Assembly: GCA_965644315.1 (NCBI GenBank)
Contig: CBFFRQ010000056.1
Coordinates: 372,001 to 436,000 of the forward strand
Reading direction: 5' to 3'
DNA length: 64,000 nt
From: Caecitellus pseudoparvulus
Taxonomy: Eukaryota > Protista > Bigyra: Bicosoecida
The notes beneath the pieces are model-generated. The model was not told where the DNA came from, made no database searches, and saw nothing but the letters and a program-made list of their open reading frames with translations. Positions within the stretch are counted from its first letter, which is position 1. Each line of letters starts with the position of its first letter. Shown piece by piece: positions 33,501 to 46,813 of this stretch. The position numbers and the translations under genes are program-made.

Positions 33501-36500
33501 CGTGGTGTTGATTGAGGCAGAAGCGGGGAAGGCCTCCCCGTACGGGTGGGGAATGATAACTGCCAGGCGCCGCAGGGACTCGCGCGTGACAGAGGGGCTG
33601 CGCACGCCCCCAACGCGCACAGCCACAATGTCAGCCTGCACATTGCCAAAGTTCTCCCCCGCAAGGGACACTGTCACACCAGGCTTGCCGCTGCGAATGT
33701 CAATGCCGCCGAGGGAAGGCTCCCCCAGCACCGAGAATCGGCCAGCGTCCGTGTTGATGATGATGCCGTCTGCAGTCCGAACGCTGGCTTGGCCGTGCGA
33801 AGCGGTGGTGGTGGGTGTAAGCTGGGCCAGGTCAGCGTTCTGGCAGGTGATGAAGGCGCCGTCTGGGTCCACCACCACAGTCCCTTGCAGTGTGTCGCAA
33901 GACACGCCGTCCATGTACACCATCGGCCGCTGCGTCGCAGTGGTGGCGCCAGAGTTCAAGCGACTGCCCTGCACCGTGATGTCCACGCGTCGGTCGCCGA
34001 CGGGGTTGGAGTTGTTGCCGTTGAACTGCAGGAAAGTGTCTGGCGAGACGACATTCACCACTGGGCTCTCGTATGTAATGTCAGAGCTCTCCACAGTCTC
34101 CCCGTTCACGAGCGTCAGGACGACCTTGAACGTGGACCCGATGGCACCTCCTTGGGCCTCGGCTTGAGATGGCGCCGAGCAGCTGATGATGCGGGAGTTC
34201 AGGTCCATCTCCACGTTGGTGCAGCTGCCTGCCCCGATGGTGATCGTAGAGATGTCATCCACTGAGAAGGCGAGGTCATTCCCGAAGATGTCGATGCCTG
34301 TACCGCCGCCAGATGCCAAGGTTGCAGGGACGATGGAGGTGATGGCGGGCGCCACCGCAATCTCCACGGTCTCAATCACCGACACGCTCACGCCAGTGCT
34401 TGCTTCGGTCACCGACGCATCGGAGCTGTCAGTGCGGAAGACGGTAACTTGCAACACTGGGAAGTTCACGGTGAATGTGCGCACGTCTGCAGTGCACGTG
34501 ATATCAGTCGAGTTGAAACTCTGCACCTGGCAAGGGGTCGTGACTTCGTTGCTGAGGAACGCAAGCGTCACCTGCGTGGTGCCATACGTTCCAGTGAACC
34601 CGCTCCCAGAGATGTGGAACTCCTTCACGGCATTTTCTGCCGCGGGGCGCAGCAGCTGTGCCGGCTGCACCATTGTCACCATTGGCGCGGCGAACTGGAG
34701 TGGGCCAGCACTGCTGGCTTCAGCGCCTGACGCCCTGCTAAAAGTGATGGGGGTTAACTTGCCAATGGTGGGCGGGACACTGCACTGCACCGCCTGTCGT
34801 GACAGCACAGAAATGTCTGTGCACGGCAGCTCCCCAAGGGTGATAGTGAGGCTATCAGCACCAGGGTACAGAGCGGGATCTTGCAGGTGCTGCCCGAAGA
34901 TGGTCAGCACCTGGCCTGGACTCAGCGGCACGTTCCGTGCAGGTGCCGTCCGCTCGATTTGCGGCTCGCCCAAGCGCTCAGGAGCGATGCCAGTGTTCCA
35001 CAGCTTGTTCCCAGATGGCGTGGGGTACGCCAGCACCAGCTCGCGGGGAGCTTCCACAACATTGGACAAGTCCACACTGCAGTCAATGAGTGAGTCAGTT
35101 GCAGCGAAAGCAGTGCAGGAAATACTGTCACCCGAGTCTGTGACAAGTGAGGCACTGGTCGCAGCGGCAAGGCCGCTGCCGGAGAACTGCAGGGCAAATG
35201 TGAAGGTGGAACCTCGTGGAACGGCAGGGATGACAGGTGGGGTCACAGACACGACGGTAGACTCGACGTCAACAGTGCTCTGTGCCACATGCCCTCCTTG
35301 CACAGTGACTTCAACGACTGCGTCTGGGCCCATGGTGTTCGGCATGGTGCACCCGACGGCAGCAGCGTCCTGCAGCACTTGCACATTGGTGCAAGGCAGC
35401 CCGTTCACAGCGACAGTTACCATACTGGGGTCTGACCCCAAGTGAGTCAGCGTCACGGCAATGGACTCCCCGGGGGCGGCCGCAGAGGGGGACACATCGA
35501 CGACAGACGGCACACCCTTCACACTTACCGGCAGAGTCACTTCGGCATTTCGGGAGCCGTACACAACCTTGGCGACTTGCCCGCCGTTGGTGCTCAAGCT
35601 TGCCCTTGGCAGGCCGGTGCACGAGAGACCGGCTTGTGTCACCTGAAGGGTTGCTGGGGCCACACACTGTGCCCCGGCAATCTCCAAGGCAATGGTCGGG
35701 TGAGTTGACGCTTGCACTTGTCCTGTTGGCCCGAAGCAGCACCCAGACACTTCAACGTCCACCGTGCTGGCATCCGCGGCAGTGAACAGCTCTGCAGGCT
35801 GCACGGCTGTGATTTCCACAGGCACCTGCAGGGAGAGCGGCGTGTCACTCAGCCGGCCATCAGCTGCCTGAACCGTGACCGTGGCAAGGGACTCGAAGTG
35901 CACGTCCGAAGGCAGCTCAGCGGAGAGCAACAACGTTGTGGAGTCGAACGTCGTTTGCAAGTCCACGTTGGCCAACTTGATGACGGCCAGCTCTGGGTTC
36001 AGGCCCAAGTCTGACGTGGAGACGGAGAACGAGTCACCGGGTCGAAGCGTGCTGGGAAACACGCTCCGAACTGTGGGCAGCCCCACGATGTTGATGCTGT
36101 GCTGGTCCGTTGCACCTCCCACTGTGACTACCACCTGCGCGCTGCCTGAGGAAACGAGGCTGGTAGCCGGAACGGTGCAAGACAACGAATCGAACGTTGC
36201 TGCGACACTTTCAATTGTGCAAGAGGTTCCGGCAACCGTCACGGCAACATCGCTTGGGTTTGGCCCGAAGCAGCACCCCTGGAGAGTCACCTGCTTCGTC
36301 CCTGCCGTCCCGTCTGAAACGTACAGCTCGCTGGGATCCACGGCTGAGATGGACACTGCATATTGGAAGTTCACAACGTTTGAACTCTGTTCCCCACCCA
36401 CCAGGGTGACCACAACTGGAGCAAGCCCTGCCCCCTGAGGAATGGTGCACCTGATGCTGCCCGGCACGGCCTGTGCCGCAAGAGGAGTGCATGCTTGTCC

Positions 36501-39500
36501 ACCAACGGTGACTGAGGTCACCGAGGCAGCCGTGGAGGTGGGCCCCAAGCTCGAAGGCGTGACAGTCAAGACCTCACCAGCCCTGCCTTGGGTGGGAGAG
36601 ATGCCCAAGATCTGCAGCTGGGTAACATCTACACCAATGGGAATGGTCACAGCCAGTGCCCCTGGGCCTTGTACGACGACTAGTGCCGAAGCCCCGCCTT
36701 GGATTTGCTCCAGCGGCACTGCAGGACACGTGAGGGCTGCGTTGGGGCCCGTGGTTACCGTCGCCTTGGACAAGCAATCATAGCCAGCCACTGTGAATAC
36801 AGACAAGTCAGTGGACGGTGTGGTGCCCAGGCCCGTTCCGTACACGACTACGCTTGTCGTGGGGCCGGCACCCGCGGCCTTGTACAGCACCGACGGCTGC
36901 ACGCTGTTGAGTTCGACAGTCACGACGACGCTGGCCACAGAAGCGGAGTTGGCACTGTCTGCCATGATTACTTGGACAGTCTGTGCGCCAACAAGGCCCA
37001 CTGATGGGATGCGGCAGGTGGCAATGAGGAAAGCTGGGTAAAACACTGCTGATGGGCACTGAACACCACCGATTGTGATCTCTTGAATGGATGACGAGCC
37101 AACGGGGCCTGGGTTCTGCCCTCCATGCGACAGCAGAAGCGTAATGGTGTCCCCCTCTGTCGCAGAAGTTGGCGTTACCGACAGGACAACCGGCGGGCCA
37201 ACGACCTCCACCGCGCCCTCCCCACTCACACTCCCGACACCCACACTCACACTCACTGCCGCACCAGCCGACAACGAGTCGCGTGGGAAGTCCGTGCACG
37301 TCACCGTGTTCCCAGACACTGACACCGTGCCGCCTTCCGTCTGGCAGTCCACGCCGCCCACCTTCACAGACGCCACGTCGCTCACACTGGCACCCAGGGA
37401 GACGCCTGTCACAGCAAATGTGGTCTTCTGACCAGCGCTGCCCACGTACAGTGTGGACGGCGACACACTTGTGATCTTGGGCACAAACGTGAACTGACCC
37501 GGGCTCGCCGAGCTGATGCCGCCGGCCAGCGTCACATGCACGTCCACCTCCCCGAACAAGCTGGCTGACCCTGTCGCAGGTGCCACACACTGCACCGACT
37601 GTGTGTCGCTATCGTACGTGATGCCAGTGCAGGGACTGCCGCCCACTGTCACGCTCGTGATGCTGGTGGGCGGGTCAGGCCCCCACTGGTCGGCCCGAAT
37701 GGTCAAGGCCGTGCCCTGCACGCCCTGGGCAGGAGACACACTCAACACGCTCACCTGCGGGGCGATGACCGTCACTGGCAGGTGCACCGTGTGACCGAAC
37801 GCCTCCAGCGTCACCTGGTGGAACGCCTCCACCACCTCCCTGCGCGGCACAGCTGTGCAAGTGATGGAGCCCGCGGCGAACGTCATGTCACCCGAGGCGC
37901 ACGTGTTGCCGACGATGGTCAGCTCGGTCACATCCGTGCTGGACTGCGGCAGGCCGTCGCCATACACAGTGACACTGATCGTGTCCGCGCCCGAGGGCAG
38001 CAGGTACAGCTCGCCGGGGTCAGCCGACTGCAGCGCCGGCACAAACGTAAACGTCGCAGCGCTGGTGGGGCTGGTGAGGTCGCCTTCCAGCGTCACCTGC
38101 ACTTGCTGCCCGCTGCCACGCCCAGCGCTGGGCACCTGGCACAGCAGAGATGTGGTGTCAGGCACGTACTGGAAGTTGTCACAGTCCTGGCCACCCAGCT
38201 GTGCGCCGGTGATGCTGGAGGGCGGCGAGGCGCCCAGGTGCGAGGCGGCGATGGTGACCCATGCGCCTGCAGGGGCTGAGGAGGGTGTCACGGACAGGAT
38301 GACAGGCAGACCAGCGACCTCCACCGCGCCCTCCCCACTCACACTCCCGACACCCACACTCACACTCACCGCCGCACCAGCCGACAACGAGTCGCGTGGG
38401 AAGTCCGTGCACGTCACCGTGTTCCCAGACACTGACACCGTGCCGCCTTCCGTCTGGCAGTCCACACCGCCCACCTTCACAGACGCCACGTCGCTCACAC
38501 TGGCACCCAGGGAGACGCCTGTCACAGAAAATGTGGTCTTCTGACCAGCACTGCCCACGTACAGTGTGGACGGCGACACACTTGTGATTTTGGGCACAAA
38601 CGTGAACTGACCCGGGCTCGCCGAGCTGATGCCGCCGGCCAGCGTCACATGCACGTCCACCTCCCCGAACAGGCTAGCCGACCCTGTCGCAGGTGCAACA
38701 CACTGCACCGACTGTGTGTCGCTGTCGTACGTGATGCCAGTGCAGGGACTGCCGCCCACTGTCACGCCCGTGATGCTGGTGGGCGGGTCAGGCCCCCACT
38801 GGTCGGCCCGAATGGTCAAGGCCGTGCCCTGCACGCCCTGGGCAGGAGACACACTCAACACGCTCACCTGCGGGGCGATGACCGTCACTGGCAGGTGCAC
38901 CGTGTGACCGAACGCCTCCAGCGTCACCTGGTGGAACGCCTCCACCACCTCCCTGCGCGGCACAGCTGTGCAAGTGATGGAGCCCGCGGCGAACGTCATG
39001 TCACCCGAGGCGCACGTGTTGCCAACGATGGTCAGCTCGGTCACATCCGTGCTGGACTGCGGCAGGCCGTCGCCATACACAGTGACACTGATCGTGTCTG
39101 CGCCCGAGGGCAGCAGGTACAGCTCGCCGGGGTCAGCCGACTGCAGCGCCGGCACAAACGTAAACGTCGCAGCGCTGGTGGGGCTGGTAAGGTCGCCTTC
39201 CAGCGTCACCTGCACTTGCTGCCCGCTGCCACGCCCAGCGCTGGGCACCTGGCACAGCAGAGATGTGGTGTCAGGCACGTACTGGAAGTTGTCACAGTCC
39301 TGGCCGCCCAGCTGTGCGCCGGTGATGCTGGAGGGCGGCGAGGCGCCCAGGTGCGAGGCGGCGATGGTGACCCATGCGCCTGCAGGGGCTGAGGAGGGTG
39401 TCACGGACAGGATGACAGGGGCTTCACCAATCTGGATCGGCACTTTGCTTGTGATGCCGTCCATAGTGAGGGTGACCTGTGTTTCCAGCCCCGCAGAGGC

Positions 39501-42500
39501 CTTCAGCGAAATGCGATCGAACGTGCAGGAGATTTCGGTTGAAGAGACCCACTGGACCGCGCCATTGACCATGCAGTCCACGGGGCCGACGAACAGCGAC
39601 TCCAGGCTTGACGTGAAGGCTGTCGAAGTATCGCCGAAGTTCAGGCCAGAGAGCGTGACCACCTGGCCCACCGCACCTTGACCAGCGAAATCTGCAGCTG
39701 GCGGGTAGATTGTTGTCGGGCTCACAGACACCAACTCCGGATCGCCCGTCGCGCAAACGAATTCAATGTGCAGGGCGCCTGCTTGGCCGGCATGCCCAGC
39801 CTGGACAAACTCGAAAGCGGGCAGGGGAAAGAGGGGAGAAGTGGTGTCAGTCCCTGTGATAGTGGTGTACTGCACGTCCTGGGTGACGGAAGGGTCCACG
39901 AAGGAGCTGCCCCCGCCTCCCGCAGAGAGAGACGCAGCATCTCCAGCACCGCTGCCACCACCATAATACCCCTCGCCACCGGTGGGGGTGGCCAGCGTGC
40001 ACGAAGTGGAAGGCACTGAGCAGGCAGCATACGACTCAAAGTCACCCGCAGCCAAGTACCCACCACTTGCTCCAACCTGGACATACCCTGCCTCCGCACT
40101 CGACGCGCGCCCACCGGCACCTCCAGCACGATTCACCGTCGAGCCACCTCCACCGCCGGTGACTGCCCCTGCAGCATCCCCGTTTTCGCCTGCCTCGGAG
40201 CCTCCTGCGCCTCCCATTCCACAATTTCGTGAAGTCTGAGCGCTGGAGCCGCCTGAGCCTCCGCCGCCACCGCCCGCCACAAGAGTCACAGTTTCGCGGT
40301 CCTCCATCCACACCTGCACACTGCTACCACCCGCTACGTTTGCGAGGGGTTCCAATTCAGAGAGGACGTCGACCACGGGGTGACCCAGGCCTTCGCCACG
40401 AGTGCCGTTGCCAGCCAAGGTGCCAAAGTCACCGCCTGGGTTCGAAGCAGAGATAGTGGCCGGTGGAGAAAAAGCCTCTCGCACGGCACCGATGGATACC
40501 CACAGCACCTGCCCTGACTCGACGTACAGCGAAGCCTCCACGCCGCCCCCACGGCCGCCTACGCAACTGCCACTGCTAACGTCTGCAGTGGGCCCACCGC
40601 CACCACCCACTGCAGTGACGTGTGCCAGGGCTGCCCCAGGCGGAACTGCAACACGGTGAAGGCCTGTGCCGAGCACTGTGATGTGCCGTGGCGAGCATGT
40701 CAACTCATCGCCTGGCACTTCCTTCACCACCACTGCGGCACGGCGGTGCATGGGGCTGCCCACTGACGGCCCCAGGTACTGGGATGTCGGCGCGCCGGGA
40801 ACAGCTCCCCGGCCGCCCACGACAGAGCCATGCAGGACTTCATCACTGACGAAGCCGGTGCCACCACCGCCACCTGCAGCAGTAATTGACGCGGCGGAGC
40901 CGGCTCCGCCGCCAAAGTACCCACCGCCACCGCCACCGCCGAAGGTCTGCGGGTTGAACGATCCACAGCCCGGAACACCCGCTCGGTTGCGGGCACCTGG
41001 CGTCCCCCAGCCACACGAGTCAAAGTCGGGGCTCATCTCAGACAGCACGACGCCGCCTTGCCCCGCAATGTGCAACGGGCGCCGGGTCTTGGAGTGCGGG
41101 TCCACGCCCCCAATGCCAGAGTGAGCGACAGTCCAGCCGTCGTTCCCGTCAAGGTGAAACGCGGCAACGCCGCTCTCGCCCTCGAAGCCTCCTCCCGCAC
41201 CACCAGGGGAAGTGCCTGCACCGCCGCCTCCCGACGCAACCAGCAGCTCGTCAGTGTACTGCACAGGCTGTGCTGAGCCTGCCGTGCCCATGGGCAAGAC
41301 AGCTGACCGCCGGCCGCCCGTGGCCGTGAATGCAAGGCCTTGATCCAGCATGCTCAAGTCCCAGCCTGCCAGCTCCCCACCAACTTCCAGCAGCAACATC
41401 CCCTCGGATTTGACCTTCAAGATGCCACTTGCGTAGCCACCTGCACCACCACGGGCCAGCTTGGTTGAGCTTTCTCCGGTGAGCATGTCCATGGCCTCAC
41501 TCAGTGTCTCTTGCCCTTGCAGCTTGCCGTCGCTCCCCCCTGCCCCCCAGGCGTGCACTTCGGCAAAGTCAAGCCCGGTGACATTGTAGGCACATGTGCC
41601 TGGGGCCGTGAACACCTGGGCACCGTCAGGCAGCACGGAGCTGACCTGACAAGTGGGGACAGTTTCGCACACAAACATGCGCGTGGCAGTGGGCACATCG
41701 AATTCCAGAACTTCGTAGGAGGTAACGGCGTCTTGCGCTTTGCGCAGGAACACAGCAGTCTCCGTGGCCGACTCCAGGGACCGCGTGCAAGACATGGAAG
41801 CGCAAGAGCCATGCAAAGAGCCCCACCGCAGCTTGTCCACCATGTTGTTCTGCGAACTGTCCAGGTCTAGGTTGCGCTCCAGGGAAGCCGCGTCGCTGCC
41901 GTCCAGAAAGCGCCAGCCTTTGCTGGCGCCTGCGAACTCGACGCCAATCCAAGGCTCAACTTGGCGGTCCGTGACACTCCACAGCGCTTGCACTTCTCGC
42001 GGGTCGTGCGGAGTCCACAGGTGCCCACCGATGTCGTACGCTGCACAGTGGTCTTGGGCATCCTGCCAGTTAGAGGTGGTGCCTACACCCAGCAAACAGG
42101 AGCCTGAGACGGGGGACTTGTACCAGCCCGCTGGGCAACCGCCATCCACACCGCACAGGGTAAGGCGCGACTCCGAAGCTGTTGCAACATCGAAGCCAGC
42201 AGCTGGGGCATCCGGGGCCACCATGGCGCCGCTGGTGGAGGGTCGCAGGGCAGTCAGAGTGCGGTCTGTCGCAGAGGGCGCGGAGCCAGTGGCTGACCAG
42301 GTGATTCCCGACCCGCTCGTGTAGGTGCCTCCAATCCACAAGCCCTGGCCGCCCAACAGCCACTCCCGCATGTGGCCCAGCCACTGCCCATCGCTATCGG
42401 ACCAGAGCTTGCTCGGGTGCAGGCCCTCTGTGCTGGAGCAGAACGTGTCACTGTCGGCATGGTTGCGACTCGTGGACGTGTCCAGAAAGTAGCACTGCCC

Positions 42501-45500
42501 AGTGAATGGGGACGACAGTGCAAGGTTAGTGGGCGAAGCGGGTGTCCCTGGTGGCAGTCTGCAGTGTGGCTGTGGCGCCACGCAGAAGAAAGCGTCCCCC
42601 GCTTCCATTGCGTCGTTGCAGTCTGTTGCCTCCAGCTCGCCGGCCGAAGTCAGTGTCGTGCAGTTGCCAATAGCAGCCCGACTGGTGAAGGTGCTGGACG
42701 TACCCCAAGCGGTGGCTTCCACTGTCTCGCCCGATGGCCACACGTAGTCATCCAAGTCGGGGTCGTACGTCGCGGCAACGACGGCCCGGTTCATGAAGAA
42801 GCCTTCTGGAGTCAGGCGCCGTCGAGTCTGCCTGGCGATCCACTTCAGGTTCTCCACCTCATGCCCACCAATGGCCACGAATGACAGGGGGCTGGCCAGT
42901 TCTCGGCCATCTTTGGCGCATGCCGCGGCAGCATCGCCGATGGTGGCGGGGGCTGCAGCGGTTTCATCCACAAAGTGCAACGACAAGCAGCGCCCCGAAA
43001 CAGGGTGCCGCAGCTCCCCCGGAGCACACCCGGGCCACATGGCACACATGGCGCCATCGGCCTTGGAACTGCCCCGCCGGGCACTGAGTCGGCCTGCACG
43101 CCCGACGACGACACGGTACCGGGGGGCGAAAGGGGGCGCTTCTGCGACGAAGCCGCCCCTGCCAGCTGCCCAGGGGCCGTCGGAGTCAGCCTCAGGCTGC
43201 ACTTCTGCCAAGCCTTTCATGTATGGCCAGGCAAACTCGCCTTCTGCGTCGTAGTCCAGTCCATTCAAGTCCACCCACGCTGAGGTGACGGTGCTGGCCG
43301 TCATCACCTGCCGGCTGATGAAGTCCAGCTCCTCCAGGCTCACGGCCCACGGAAGCAGCTCTGCTGACGGATGCAAAGCAGCACACAGGTCCCTCGCGTC
43401 TTCGAACGTGATGGTTTCATCCAGTTGGCCCACTCGCAGGCATGCTCCCGAGTGCGGTGATTGAGTGAAGCCAGTGGGGCACAGAGCAGGCGCTCGCCCT
43501 GGCGGCACCTTGGTGTCCTGCAGCGCAGCTGACTCATCCCTTGCGACAGGCCCACGTTCAACGCCAGGGTCCCACATGCACAGGGGATACGCCGTGGCAG
43601 TGGCGCAGTCCACAGTGCGCGCACCACGGTTGTCTGCCCCCAGCACAGCGCAGTTGCCAGTACCTGGCTCGCCTGCCGCCCAGGGGCTGGTGCCCGCCGG
43701 GTACTCGGCTGAGGGGTGCACATGGGAGTGATACAAAGCACCATGGGACCTGGAGAACAGCGAAGGGTCCCGGCTGTCTCGAATCCACCCAGTCCAGATG
43801 CCGTTGGTGTCAGTGGACGTCAGCTCGTCGCGCCAGCGGTCCACAAGCCACACAGTCTCAGCGACGGAGTCCCCTGTGGCCAGGTGGGTATTCAGTTCGG
43901 CACAGAAAGTCGTAGCATCGGCAAACGACACCGCAGCTGACGTGTCCAGCATGTAACAGCGCTGGTTGACGGGGGACAGCTCGAAGCCAGAGGGGCACGT
44001 GAAGCCACTTGCGTGGGCATCCTCATCCAGGTCATAGACGCACAGGGGAAGGGCAGTATCTGCACCTGAGCAAGGTTGTGTGGAGAAAAAGTAGTTCTTG
44101 TTGCCATACACGAGGCATTCGCTGCTGGAGGGGGTGGAGCTCCACACGGGCGAGTCGTCCCGAAGGACAGCATCAGCGGCCCCGCCCAGGGATGAGGACC
44201 ATTTGTAATGGTCCGTGTCCCACTCTGCGCCGAGCCAGTGCAGGGTTTGGGCGCCGATGACAGGGGCAGGCAGCAGAATGCGCAGCCACAGAGCCTCCAA
44301 AGCGTGGCGGAAGTTCGCGAGACGAGCCGTGTTGCCGCCGGACAGAACATGGCTGGTGCAGGAGGAGGCGGCAGTAGTGACGCTGTCAGTGGGCGAGCCA
44401 TCCAGGGCCTTAAAGCACTTGTTGGAGAAGGGGGAGCGCGTCCACCCAGCTGCACACGCGCCAGCCAGCTTGCGGAAGTCGCAAACAGCGTTGGTCAGCG
44501 TCGCCCCGACGCATGGGGCCCCCACCAAGTTGCCAAAGTCCGACAGCTGCAGGCAGTCGTTTGCAAAGCAGTCTTCTTCACCAGGGTTGCAGTCCTTCGA
44601 GCCAATGCTGGCGAGTGGCAGGGTCGCAGCGCCATGGCGGCCGTTCACCCAAGTGTAGGCATCGGCGCCTACGGAATGCGGAGCGACAGCCCCGATCCAG
44701 CCAGGGTCTTCGGACGTTTTCAAGGCCATGGCGGACATGGCCACAGTGCTGCCAGACGCGCTGGCAAGGTCCGCCAGTGCCAGGCCCCAGTAGCCAGTGC
44801 TGAGGTCCGCAGCGCAGGCGAGCCGGGCTTCTGCGGCGGAGAACGGCTTCAGACCGGCTTCCACGCTTCCCACGCAGGAATCCGAAAGCAGTGCGGTGCT
44901 CGCTTCGCTGGGACAAGAGTCGCTCAAGTCGTCGGATGTCACCTCATCGATACCAGACCCAACGCTTTGCGAAAGGTCTACAGAGCACGTGAATGTGTCT
45001 TCTCGCCCCGTCGGAGCACGCACAGTCCACTGCACGCCGATTTCCACAGTTGAGCAGTGCCAGGCGTCCAGGGCACCGCGCTTGCGCACGATGCGCACTT
45101 TGTCCTGGTTGTCGAAGAAAGGATCCTCATACGGCTCCACAATGTAGTGGGATGCCTCAGGGTGGCAGGTTTCCTCGCTGGCGAAGAAGCCCCTCGACGC
45201 TGACACAATGCTGACGTTGAAGTCGGAGCCGGGAAAGACGTCGAAAGGGAAGTCTGCAGCGTCAGCGTCAAACATGTCCACAACGGAAATATGCGTCGTA
45301 GCAGTCCAATCCGGCAAGTCATCTGTGCAAATCGACAATTCCCGGTCGCCCGACTTCCCCGTCTCAAGCGCACGGCGCACGCTGCATGGGCATGTGGGGT
45401 CCGTCACGAGCGGGTCCTTGCACGAGGAAGACGACCAAAGGGGTGTGCAGCAGCCCACGTCACCCCCAGCCGCATGAACGATCCAATTCGGTGTGGGTGT

Positions 45501-46356
45501 GTCGTCGCAGTCCACACACGACAGTTGCTGCTGGCAGGCCACACCGTTGAAGGCGGTGGAGCAATCCTCCTCGACCAGCGTTCGCTTGTCCACCGTGACG
45601 GCACCAAGCGCACTCAGTGTGAAGCAGGCATCTTCCGACCCAGGCACAAACGAGGAAGTGGTGAAGAGGTCCTCGCTCAGGACGCTCGGCCCGACGGGCG
45701 TGTCGTCCATCCACACCCAAGTTCCCACGCCTGCGCCTGGCCCGTCGAAGCGCCAGCGCACCAGCCAGATGTCGGTGTCCACAGCATCGTACGAACCATC
45801 GTACAGCCCCTTGACCTCATCAGGGTGGTTGAACTTGGCAAGGCCTTCTTCCACGTCATTCCCAGGAATGTCACACGTGGAGGCAGAGATGGCGTTGGCT
45901 GCAATCGTCGGGCTGTCCACCGAGTAGAAACAGCCAGAGCGCAAGTCTGCGTCGAAGGCACGTGAAGCGCAGAAGGCGTGTTGCGGGGCCGGGCGCACGG
46001 CACGGCACAACGCTAGCATGCGCACAAGTCGAGTCTTGCTCCCTGCGATCGCAAGACGGGGTAGGACGTGCACGCTGTGTACGAACGGCATTTTGGCAGA
46101 GCAGATTCCGCAGCGCACGCACAAGCTGTACAGAAGCGAACCCTCAGGCTGGCATCCGACTGCGGGGCACGAGGGAACTTGAAGGGACATGTCAGAGGAA
46201 TGCGCTGGGCAGCACCATACCTCGCACGGGGTCAGAGGCGAAAGAGGAGCAAGTGGGGAGGGAGACAGCAGCCGATGCAGCGCCCGTCGCAGCGAGGGCT
46301 GTTACCCAAGCCAAGGCTACGCGCCGCTCGAGCCGCTCTCGGCCGAGCCAGAGCAT
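30555..46356 (-). CDS. Giant (~5200 aa) cell-surface receptor/adhesin: signal peptide, ~8 C-type-lectin-like domains, 2 glycine-rich domains, many IPT/TIG domains, Cys-rich linker, multi-pass TM C-terminus (introns 46160-46220, 46043-46122, 45947-46025)
   Basis: 15.6-kb ORF. Repeated CPxGW/F..SP...C..WIG/WLG..W..G..C patterns, GGGGGGYFGGG blocks, repeated PxI/VxSVSP..G..VTI.G..FG units, CAEGYTGVLCGVCEEGY, and several hydrophobic helices. Confidence 0.9.
37202..39419. repeat. Intragenic tandem duplication, period 1113 bp (371 aa, about four IPT/TIG domains)
   Basis: 37202-38306 is nearly identical to 38315-39419, and the ORF track shows matching ORFs offset by exactly 1113. Confidence 0.97.
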
Positions 46357-46813
46357 GCTTGATAACGTGGAGTGCACGCTTTTCCACAGCAGGGAGCTGC
46401 AAGGGCGGAAGCAGGCGGGAGGGTGAACGGTTCTCCGTCTCAGAAGTTGGCGGAGGGAGAAGAGAAGAAGGCAGCTGATGCGTGCCACTCACGAGCGCGC
46501 CCACAGCAGCTGCGCCGCTTGTCGGCGCTACGAAGCACAGGACAGGCCAAGCAAGGCACGATGCATGTGCACCGATGCTTTTTGATGGCGATGAATTGAA
46601 TTCCTGAGCACAGTGCTGCGGGGAAAAGGTGCACTGCCCCAGCACCTCATGCAGAGATAGAAGCAGCGGCACAGCGCCTGCCAGCAGGAGAGGCAAGGGA
46701 AGGAAGCACGAGGGTTGGCTCCCATGTGATGTAGCAGCCCAGCCCAGCCGGGTCCCGCCCGGCGGAGTGCTTGGGCGCTTCGACAGGCGCAGTGCTGTAG
46801 TGGCTGGCTGGCG

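Noticed and set aside
31144-45965. Numerous long plus-strand ORFs opposite the giant gene (and similar ones opposite LACS, EPL1, MFS)
   Set aside because: Antisense shadows typical of high-GC3 coding DNA; no recognisable motifs.
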